Source: a virus. From it: a stretch of 64,000 nucleotides of DNA. Positions within the stretch are counted from its first letter, which is position 1; every line of letters begins with the position of its first letter. Where the stretch lies: IMG/VR virus record IMGVR_UViG_3300036770_003728, positions 1 through 64,000 of that record, one strand, 5' to 3'. Below the pieces are notes generated by a model. The model was given only the letters and a program-made list of their open reading frames with translations. It was not told the origin of the DNA and made no database searches. This document shows positions 56,277-64,000 of the stretch, in pieces. The translations under genes and the position numbers were made by a program.

Positions 56277-59200
56277 TTATTGTGTTCCTGCTGTTAATGA
56301 ACTACCACTGATTGTACCTGGGTTACGTATACGAATCGGTATGTAAATAAATTCAATTGCACGCATTGGTTCAATTGCTACATCAACATAGAGTTCGTTA
56401 CGAGCAATACGATCGCTGGTATTGTTGGTTTCGTCGCAAACCACAACATAATCATAGATACCACGTTTAGCAATCAAGTCATTGAGTAGACTTTCAACTG
56501 CTTGCTTGACTTGGTCTCTGGTGATCTTGTCATTTGGTTCAAACAAGAACTGCTGAATCGCACCAGTAAACACACTACGCAAGTAGTTAGTTAATCTAGC
56601 TACGTTGATACGATCTAGTGCACTTCCTGATGTATAACGTGTCTTTTGACCATATGCTACGATACCTGTACCTGGCAGACTAGCGATTGGATTGATGCGG
56701 TTTTCATACAGCACATCACGTAGTCCGTTGTTCAGACCAGTTTTAACAAATACATTGCTAACTGGATCGACATATCCAATGCTGTTGACGTTGTCAATAG
56801 CACCACGACGTACACCAGCTGGTGCAAACCATGGATAACTAACTTGGTCACTGTACAAGAATGTACGCAACATCATATGGCTAGCAGGAACAGCAATTTC
56901 ATTACCGTCTAGATCGTTGGTCAATCCTGATGGATAGTAAAGTCCTAGGTAAGCACTACTGGTCAACGCTTCAGTGTCACTGTGCGTGATAAACTCTGTT
57001 GGCTGATTCTTCATTGTCATTGGTGTGTCGCCAATGACAAAACCAGTCTGTCCACGATCATTGTTTAGAGCTACTAGATTTTGTGCTAGCTCAGGGTAAC
57101 CTGGGCAGGTTAGTAGATTAAAGTTATAACCTTCTTCGCGGATATCAGGTACGCTGTCTACTGTGCTCTTAAGTGCTTGTACCACTTCGTTGCGCTGTGC
57201 ACGACGACCCATGTATGGATGATTGTTTACATCAAACGCCACTGTACTGATCCATGTACTCTTTTGAGTCATGGTGTTGCCAGGGAAGGCTAGTTCATTA
57301 AAGTAATCTTTAACAAATTTCTTCACTGTGTAACCACTGCGACGTGTGTTAAACAAAATACTTCCACGTGGATACAGTCTTGCATCTGGACAATCTGGAT
57401 CAATATGGTTACTGGTTAACATAGCAGCAGTATTAGGCATAGTCCCAGTGGTTGGGCTTAGTGAACTACCATTGCTCCAACGTGCATCTGCAAACACAAT
57501 ACCGTTTTGTGTAATACGATCTGCATTGTTGATCAATGTCCAGTCTTGGATTACTTCGTCATAACGCCATAACTTTGGATAGTTTACTAGATCACTACTG
57601 TCTAGCCAAATATCTCCGCTGCGTAATGGGTATGAAGGACCACCACTTTGGTGTTCTGGTTCTGTTGGACTGATAATTACACCATTGACATCAGTCTTGT
57701 CTAGGTCGTAACCGCGAGCATCAGCTGTTAGTGTACGATAACCTACCCAAGTTGTGCCATTGTTTACCATAATATCCACTGCGGTTGGATCACTGTAGTA
57801 CCATAGTGTGCCATTTGCAGGATCTTCAGTTGGTGTTACGTCACTGTAGGTATAAGGCGCTGCATAAAAGTTACTTAACGTTATACTGTTAGAACTGGCT
57901 GGTACTAGTCCAGTGGTTACACCAGGTGTCGCAGTTGAAAATCCAGCTGTGGTTAATGCACTACCAGTAACATGTGTAAACACTATAATACCACCTAATA
58001 GGTGTTTGATAGTGATTGCACCAGTTGATGTTACTTCAGCACTTAGACCAGGAACATTAGCACCCAACACTGCCTGTACGAAATCAGCAGGAGTAGTTCC
58101 ACCTAATGCTACCGGACTGCTGGTAGTAAATGGTGTTTGTCCTGGACGACTTACAGTGATGTTAAAGGTTTCTGTGCCGGCAAATGTAGGGTTGTTTACT
58201 GTACCAGTTACACTAGTAATACCTTTAACACGCTGTGTAAAGATCTTAAAGCCTACATGGTCTGTGGCTCCGCTTACACCAGTTCTATACACACCTCCAC
58301 TGGCAAATGGTTGTGTGATATTAGATGGTGCATAGCGTACAAATACTGTACCCGAATCGATATTGATACCACCGCTCAGGTCTAGACGATCAAGAGCTTC
58401 GTAACCATCCCATAGTGTCGGTGTAGCAAGAGCTCTCCATGAATCACTAAAGGCATTGTAACGCTTGTAGTCAATGTTTACACCACTGCCCTCGGCTGTG
58501 GTCTTGATCCAAACTGACCCTTTTGGATAACCGTCTGCTGAACTAGCAACACGACGGAATGAAGGAATCTGTGTAAACGAACTAAATTGTGCGCTAGCTC
58601 TATTATAGGTCTGAGCATTACTGATCCAAACAGCAGGTGTTGTAGGCGGATTACCGGTCCATGTATAAGTTACACTAGTTCCAGGAATAACCACTTGATC
58701 TCCAACATTGGTGCCGGCCACGCCGGGCTCTGGAGGAAGAATGCCTAGTCTTTGTAAAGGTTTACCAGTGCCATCGTCTAAGATTAATTTGCCATCAGCT
58801 GGAGCAAGAGATCCACCACTCTTGGCTGCGGTTGTTACCTTAAATTGTAAAAATCCAAATTGGTCTGCACTGACAGCAATACCACTAGCTCCACCAAACC
58901 CTGCATCAACAGCAGTTTGAATTGTGCCGGCCAAGCTGGTCATATCTGCTGGGGCAATGGTAATGTTTACTGTAACACCGTTAACAGTAAATGTGCTTGG
59001 TACAGTCATACCACTTAGTAGTGTATTACCTGCGCCTGCTGCATTTTTACTGCTAACTACTACCGGAATATCATTGGCCCAATCTTCCGAACCTAGACGT
59101 ACCCATGCATTAGCACTATTCTTAAACCAAACATTAATTATATCTGTACCTAAAATAGCAGCATAATCACCTTTTAATCCTACACTTTGTGCAGGCTTAG

Positions 59201-59753
59201 GATTGTTTGCTACACTAGTATCAATTTGATTAGCCTGCGTTGTATTTTGTAGATCTATTAAAATAACAGACTTGCCCACAAACTGACTGGCAGGTGGACG
59301 TATACTAGGATCAAATTCAAATATACCAAAACGGCTAGTACCTAGGTTGAACCAATTTACACCATTGGCTACTTTACCACGTGGACGAATTACTGTGCCT
59401 TCTAGGCTGTCAAGATCAATGTCAGCACGAATAACATAAGCACGATTGCCGATTCCCAACGCACTATAAGCGGCCATCAAGCCATATTCGTTCATTTCAT
59501 CGCCATGCAATGGCGTATCGGCTGCACTGCGACGAAACTTGGGTAGACCAAATGTAGTCGACAACTCACGCTGACTGGTGATGCCGTAGACTTTGTTGGC
59601 ATTTACTTTGGTTGTGCCTGAAGCGATTACTCCATTGATTGTTTTGTTTTGTGCTGTTGCCATTACCACTAATGGTATGGTAGAAACAGCCGATGGTAAG
59701 TATTGACTTTCGTCAATTACTGTAAGTTCTACACCTGGTGATACTAGTGCCAT
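56277..59753 (-). CDS. Tail sheath protein (gp18-like) with large insertions
   Basis: LVSPGV..ID.S, WFAPAG.RRG, INPI, GQKT, RINVARL, LFEPND, VVCDETNN, EFIYIP. Confidence 0.95.
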   Translation of the reverse strand: MALVSPGVELTVIDESQYLPSAVSTIPLVVMATAQNKTINGVIASGTTKVNANKVYGITSQRELSTTFGLPKFRRSAADTPLHGDEMNEYGLMAAYSALGIGNRAYVIRADIDLDSLEGTVIRPRGKVANGVNWFNLGTSRFGIFEFDPSIRPPASQFVGKSVILIDLQNTTQANQIDTSVANNPKPAQSVGLKGDYAAILGTDIINVWFKNSANAWVRLGSEDWANDIPVVVSSKNAAGAGNTLLSGMTVPSTFTVNGVTVNITIAPADMTSLAGTIQTAVDAGFGGASGIAVSADQFGFLQFKVTTAAKSGGSLAPADGKLILDDGTGKPLQRLGILPPEPGVAGTNVGDQVVIPGTSVTYTWTGNPPTTPAVWISNAQTYNRASAQFSSFTQIPSFRRVASSADGYPKGSVWIKTTAEGSGVNIDYKRYNAFSDSWRALATPTLWDGYEALDRLDLSGGINIDSGTVFVRYAPSNITQPFASGGVYRTGVSGATDHVGFKIFTQRVKGITSVTGTVNNPTFAGTETFNITVSRPGQTPFTTSSPVALGGTTPADFVQAVLGANVPGLSAEVTSTGAITIKHLLGGIIVFTHVTGSALTTAGFSTATPGVTTGLVPASSNSITLSNFYAAPYTYSDVTPTEDPANGTLWYYSDPTAVDIMVNNGTTWVGYRTLTADARGYDLDKTDVNGVIISPTEPEHQSGGPSYPLRSGDIWLDSSDLVNYPKLWRYDEVIQDWTLINNADRITQNGIVFADARWSNGSSLSPTTGTMPNTAAMLTSNHIDPDCPDARLYPRGSILFNTRRSGYTVKKFVKDYFNELAFPGNTMTQKSTWISTVAFDVNNHPYMGRRAQRNEVVQALKSTVDSVPDIREEGYNFNLLTCPGYPELAQNLVALNNDRGQTGFVIGDTPMTMKNQPTEFITHSDTEALTSSAYLGLYYPSGLTNDLDGNEIAVPASHMMLRTFLYSDQVSYPWFAPAGVRRGAIDNVNSIGYVDPVSNVFVKTGLNNGLRDVLYENRINPIASLPGTGIVAYGQKTRYTSGSALDRINVARLTNYLRSVFTGAIQQFLFEPNDKITRDQVKQAVESLLNDLIAKRGIYDYVVVCDETNNTSDRIARNELYVDVAIEPMRAIEFIYIPIRIRNPGTISGSSLTAGTQ

Positions 59754-59863
59754 GATTTCTTCCTTATAATAGGTTTCATTACCCTTGCTTGTATTTATTT
59801 TATGGGCCCAAATTTACCAGGTTACCAGGTCCTTTCCTAGGTCCTTTCCAAATAAATATGTTT

Positions 59864-60205
59864 ATGGACAGACCAATGTGCCCAATTTGCCGAAGACATC
59901 CTGTTGCGTTGAACTATTACAGGAAAGAACGTGCCTATTATCGTACGGCCTGCACAGGTTGTATACATCGTAAACGCACTCTTAAGCCCGAACCACCGGC
60001 CTGGGTTAAAAGTGGGTATAAGAAAAACGATCGTTGCGACCGCTGTGGGTATAAGCTACGATATCCTGAACAGAGCAATGTCTATTATGCTGACGGAAAT
60101 GTTAATAATAACAATTGGCTTAACTTAAAAACTGTTTGTCTTAATTGCCAAATCGATGTAGGCAAGACTAGATGGCGTCCTAGCAATTTGACACCAGATT
60201 TTTAA
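59864..60205 (+). CDS. Zinc-finger protein with degenerate HNH motif
   Basis: Four CxxC pairs; VYYADGNVNNN..LNLKTVCLNCQ; start placed after TAAATA. Confidence 0.65.
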   Translation: MDRPMCPICRRHPVALNYYRKERAYYRTACTGCIHRKRTLKPEPPAWVKSGYKKNDRCDRCGYKLRYPEQSNVYYADGNVNNNNWLNLKTVCLNCQIDVGKTRWRPSNLTPDF

Positions 60206-60833
60206 TCTGGTGATATAATTGATCTACCGTACCGTTGTTATCAACGACACGATCAAACTTTGTGCCCAACCAAGCCCATTCACTGGGATGAACATCTGGA
60301 TACTGGGATGCCATATCACGCTGCTGATCTGATATGATCCATTGATCATCTGCTGATGTATGTATAGTTTGTAGGGCACAAGCCAACCATTCTGGTGGGG
60401 CACCACGTTCTACCAGTATCATTATACCCTCAACACCACGTATAGCAGCAACTTCATTGGGGAAACGCACATCAGATATAACAATGTTGTCTGTGGTATT
60501 ACGCAGTTTATTTTCTAAACTAGCTATCCAGATGTCATCGTGGAATCCATGGCGGCAAACTTCGGTGCCCCAATGCTGTAGAATCCAGCGTGGAGTAAGA
60601 AAAGGAATGTTTAGACGTTTGCTCCACCAAGGATCTACTTGCTCACGCCAGGCACGACTAGCAGCAGTTCGCCCTTCTAACATGATTCTATCCCAACCAA
60701 ACACACATGCTACAGCATCTTTCAGAGTATTAGCAAAACTTTCTCTACGAAAGCCGTGATAGTTGACTAAGTAATCGGCCACAGTGTCTTTGCCTGAACC
60801 GATAAATCCTGATATACCAATGATTTGTGTCAT
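60180..60833 (-). CDS. Deoxynucleoside monophosphate kinase (T4 gp1-like)
   Basis: GFIGSGKDT, SFANTLK, PRWILQHWGTE, SDVRFPNE, HPSE. Confidence 0.93.
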   Translation of the reverse strand: MTQIIGISGFIGSGKDTVADYLVNYHGFRRESFANTLKDAVACVFGWDRIMLEGRTAASRAWREQVDPWWSKRLNIPFLTPRWILQHWGTEVCRHGFHDDIWIASLENKLRNTTDNIVISDVRFPNEVAAIRGVEGIMILVERGAPPEWLACALQTIHTSADDQWIISDQQRDMASQYPDVHPSEWAWLGTKFDRVVDNNGTVDQLYHQIKNLVSNC

Positions 60834-60839
60834 AGCAAC

Positions 60840-60868
60840 ATATTATTAGTTTATGATAGCTATGTCAA
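60840..60868 (-). promoter_or_regulatory. Sigma70 promoter, leaderless arrangement
   Basis: TTGACA-17-TAATAT, 6 nt before the ATG. Confidence 0.7.
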
Positions 60869-60873
60869 CCTCC

Positions 60874-61263
60874 TTAGATACCAAAACGATTAGGACGATA
60901 TCGAGGAACAATGCTTTGTTTATTGGTTTCTTTGGGTTCTAAGCTACGCTCGTGCCTATTAGGTTTTAAGGCATCGTCCCAATCTGTTCCGGCTGCTTGA
61001 TAAGCCTGCTTTAACATATCACTTTCTAACTTAGTATATGGCGCCGCTACATTATTGCGCCCTGCCCAACTTTGTTTAGGAATAGACACTGGCTTAGAGC
61101 CATCAGCAGTAGCAGCAGCCATCATTACTCTATTTAGGTCATAATGTCTATCTGCGGTGCCTGCTACTCTATGCAAGCTAGGGATGGCTTGCTCTTGTTC
61201 CTTTTCTAAACGAACATTGGTTTTAACATATCTGTCTTCTTGAATAATTTCATACGCTCGCAT
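60874..61263 (-). CDS. Hypothetical internal head protein, paralog A
   Basis: MRAYEIIQE; YDLNRVMMAAATADG; PYT; NRFGI. Confidence 0.75.
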   Translation of the reverse strand: MRAYEIIQEDRYVKTNVRLEKEQEQAIPSLHRVAGTADRHYDLNRVMMAAATADGSKPVSIPKQSWAGRNNVAAPYTKLESDMLKQAYQAAGTDWDDALKPNRHERSLEPKETNKQSIVPRYRPNRFGI

Positions 61264-61330
61264 GCAATTATTTAGAACATAAAATGCTCCATTGTTCTGT
61301 ACACAAGTACAGGTTTAAGGACAAAAAAAA

Positions 61331-61708
61331 TCAAACCCCGTAACGGTTTCTTTTCTTACTGGCAGTAGGACTCTTTTTGTTTACCGAATTAGATTCACGG
61401 CTTTTTTGATCTTGTACTACATGATCAACATCGCTGTTGATTACATTAAATGCTTGATGCATCATGTCATGCTCTAGTTCTGTGTAGGGTACCGCTACAT
61501 TTTTACTATGAAACCAAGTACGGTCATCTATAGGCAGTTTATCCTTACTGCCATCGGCCATTGCAGCCGCCATACCTACACGATAAAAGTTATAGGTTCC
61601 ATTAGTTTTATAGCCATCTCCATAGGCATGAGTACGATGCATAGCTTTACTATGTGACTTAGGCAATTTACCTTTATGCCCTTCTAATATAATTTCATTG
61701 ATTTTCAT
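61331..61708 (-). CDS. Hypothetical internal head protein, paralog B
   Basis: MKINEIILE; YNFYRVGMAAAMADG; PYT; NRYGV. Confidence 0.75.
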   Translation of the reverse strand: MKINEIILEGHKGKLPKSHSKAMHRTHAYGDGYKTNGTYNFYRVGMAAAMADGSKDKLPIDDRTWFHSKNVAVPYTELEHDMMHQAFNVINSDVDHVVQDQKSRESNSVNKKSPTASKKRNRYGV

Positions 61709-61711
61709 TGT

Positions 61712-62845
61712 TTACCCTATTACCCAAGTCAACGGCATGCTACCATCTATCATATTTTTAAGATCTTCTTCTAATTTGGTCATTTCTTCACGACTTTCAG
61801 TGATCAAAGCTGTACCGTTTAATGTTGTACCACCTTGCGGCCCAGCCATAGTAGAGAATTTACTACGTGCTTCGCCTAGTATACCCTTGGCAAAACTATA
61901 AGCATAGTCTTGAATCCAAGGAAACGTCTGTGGATCATTAAAAATCATTATATCAGGCTTGTAATTGTAAGTATGCAATAGCACTACTTCAGCAGGATCG
62001 TCGGTGATAGGACTACTAACTTCAGTTTTACGCAGATCAAATCCAGTAACAGAAGTGGCCTGTAGCACTGAAGTAGCTAGTATGGTAACAGTTTGTGTTC
62101 CTGGATTCACTGTGGCTGCTGTATATACTCCATTGTATCCTGCTATAGGACAGTTTCTAATGTGTATACTGTCTCCTACTTTAATTGACCATACATCATG
62201 TGTTACAATACTGATTACGCTACCTGCCGCTGTACCGCTAGCGGTCATTGACGTCAATCTAACAAACTTTCTTCCAGTTTCTGGTATCTTGCGTACTAAT
62301 GTTAGTTTACGAGTAGCGGCGTTCCAAGTAAAATTCATGTGGCCGCCGAACATTTTCATGGCTTGTTCTTGATATTGTGTGAACATTTCATAGTTAGCCA
62401 ACCCACCTACACGCCCGGCTACCAACATGTAAGTATTCAAATAGCCACTGGCAAAAGGCTCAAATTGACTAGCTGTAGTTCCTGTCACTGATCCTATGCC
62501 CCTGCGATAGATTTGGCGCACTTGAACAACTTCTTGTGGCAGTATGTATTCCTGTGTTTCTGGCAACAGCTCAAGAAATGCATAGCTTTCCTCTACACTG
62601 TTTTGAGCACGTTGACGATATCGCTGTAAGGCATTTTTAATAGCTAGATCATAATGAACTTGATCTAGTTCAACATCAACTATACCGTCGGCAAGACGTA
62701 ATCTTATGTAGTCTTTGATTTCATTGCGTTTATAGTCTAAACTGAACTCAACTTGGGAATCTTCAAATGCAATCGGCCCTGGGCCGCCCAAACTGTCAGC
62801 TTGTAAACTTAGTCTATAATTTAATCCGGTTTTTAATGTGGCCAT
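61712..62845 (-). CDS. Neck protein (gp13-like) with inserted beta domain
   Basis: YIRLRL..IVDVELD, WIQDYA, GEARSKF, PQGGTTLNG, ends WVIG. Confidence 0.85.
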   Translation of the reverse strand: MATLKTGLNYRLSLQADSLGGPGPIAFEDSQVEFSLDYKRNEIKDYIRLRLADGIVDVELDQVHYDLAIKNALQRYRQRAQNSVEESYAFLELLPETQEYILPQEVVQVRQIYRRGIGSVTGTTASQFEPFASGYLNTYMLVAGRVGGLANYEMFTQYQEQAMKMFGGHMNFTWNAATRKLTLVRKIPETGRKFVRLTSMTASGTAAGSVISIVTHDVWSIKVGDSIHIRNCPIAGYNGVYTAATVNPGTQTVTILATSVLQATSVTGFDLRKTEVSSPITDDPAEVVLLHTYNYKPDIMIFNDPQTFPWIQDYAYSFAKGILGEARSKFSTMAGPQGGTTLNGTALITESREEMTKLEEDLKNMIDGSMPLTWVIG

Positions 62846-62850
62846 AAAGT

Positions 62851-62881
62851 AGTCCTACGATAAGGTATTTATCGTAGGACT
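62851..62881 (-). promoter_or_regulatory. Late promoter inside an SD-sequestering 13-bp hairpin
   Basis: AGTCCTACGATAA-ATACC-TTATCGTAGGACT; TAAATA at 62866-62871. Confidence 0.75.
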
Positions 62882-62886
62882 CGCAG

Positions 62887-63999
62887 TTAGCTGACCTTGA
62901 GCAGCAAGGTCTCCTCGTTAATACGTCCATTCATACGCACTTCTACAGCCTTAATATCCTTGAGAAAGGTGCGTAGTGCTACCTTACCAGCCTTAGCAAA
63001 CTCTTTTAGCTGTTCATCTGGTTTACGCAGTGTCTTAGCTAGACTTTTAGCTTCATCGTAGCCTGTAATTGACGTACCTTTAACACCAAGTTGGCCCATG
63101 GCTTCTGCCACATAGCGTCCCAACTTGCGAGTTTTGGTGTTGAATATCCAGAGCTCTTGGGCTCCAATGATATCTGTGGGATTGATACTAACAACTTTGA
63201 GGCTACGATCTTCTCTGGCGAACTTGAGCTTGGCCACAACTTTTTCTTTGGCTGGCGCTTTACGGACTCTGGCTTTCTTAACTGCTTTTTTAACGCCGCG
63301 GTACTGCTCGATTCCAGCCAAAAGATCAGCAAGAAAGGCAAACAGACGTTTGTAATCACCAGCCCGATAGTGACGATAAGACTCCACCAATTGTGCATCT
63401 GATTTGTCCTGAGCAGTCATAAGTTCTTGAACACGTTTTTGGAACACTTGTTCATATTTACTTAATTGACTCTGCGGAGCCTTGTGTGCAGTAAGAAAAT
63501 CATAGATCTTAAAGTCAATCTTGTTACCGCGCAAAACTTCGTCGTAATGACCTTCGATCTCACCAATTAGTTCCGCAGTACGCTCTTGCAGTCGATCTTG
63601 AATAGTAATCTTGCGCTCTACCACTGCGTCAGGTGCAACAGGCTCATCACCATGATCTCCGCTGCGAGCAGCCAGAGTTAGGCTATAATTAACTTGATCG
63701 TGAATATACTTGACATGACGATCTTTTAAGGGCATACCACGACGATGTGCCATAACCAAACTACAAGGCGTCATTAGCACATAACGATCACTGATACGCT
63801 CAAACTTGTCCATTACCTTCTTGTCAAGTTTACTATTACGGCGCAGCCAATCATTCAGGTGTTTGCGACACTGCTTGACTGAATAGTGATAGTTGTAGTA
63901 CTGAAAGCTCTTACGTAGGTGATGATCAAAAGTAGCGTCATCGAATCCCAGTGCTCGTTCGGTGTCCCACTGCGGTTCCGGGCCAGTGGCCTTTTCGTC
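62887..63999 (-). CDS. Hypothetical phage protein, start lies beyond the window end
   Basis: Frame stays open upstream of the annotated ATG (...GPEPQW...FQYYNYHY); C-terminal LWIFNTKTRKLGRY, VKGTSI, KTLRKP. Confidence 0.8.
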   Translation of the reverse strand, partial: DEKATGPEPQWDTERALGFDDATFDHHLRKSFQYYNYHYSVKQCRKHLNDWLRRNSKLDKKVMDKFERISDRYVLMTPCSLVMAHRRGMPLKDRHVKYIHDQVNYSLTLAARSGDHGDEPVAPDAVVERKITIQDRLQERTAELIGEIEGHYDEVLRGNKIDFKIYDFLTAHKAPQSQLSKYEQVFQKRVQELMTAQDKSDAQLVESYRHYRAGDYKRLFAFLADLLAGIEQYRGVKKAVKKARVRKAPAKEKVVAKLKFAREDRSLKVVSINPTDIIGAQELWIFNTKTRKLGRYVAEAMGQLGVKGTSITGYDEAKSLAKTLRKPDEQLKEFAKAGKVALRTFLKDIKAVEVRMNGRINEETLLLKVS

Positions 64000-64000
64000 G

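Noticed and set aside
1-64000. Stop-codon reassignment
   Set aside because: Core genes are full length in the standard code and end in TAA, TAG and TGA

Overview
A 64-kb segment of a large T4-like (jumbo-type) myovirus genome, standard genetic code, almost all genes on the minus strand. It holds nucleotide-metabolism and replication/recombination genes (class Ia nrdAB, glutaredoxin, gp41-like helicase, primase, a 191-aa DnaE-like polymerase core, probable clamp-loader subunit, UvsW, UvsX, UvsY, gp32-like SSB, exonuclease, dNMP kinase). It also holds morphogenesis genes (PAAR tip, tail spike, 1964-aa tail fibre, terminase, head-completion nuclease, tail tube, sheath, neck), an early accessory region, a nine-gene sugar-modification cluster and one antisense GIY-YIG homing endonuclease. 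No tRNA, rRNA or CRISPR array was seen. Main leads: (1) about ten proteins with T4 capsid-targeting-like N-termini, including an adjacent Pol-beta nucleotidyltransferase + KxDG ligase-like pair, a nuclease-like protein and a modular polyprotein with a cryptic signal peptide, suggesting a head-packaged, injected enzyme payload; (2) a palindromic AATACCC-N12-GGGTATT motif straddling the -35 box of three early promoters; (3) frequent leaderless architecture at both sigma70 and late (TAAATA) promoters; (4) miniaturised or atypical enzymes (mini-DnaE, short DegT, NrdB with E-x3-H). All functional calls come from motif recognition by eye, with no database searches.
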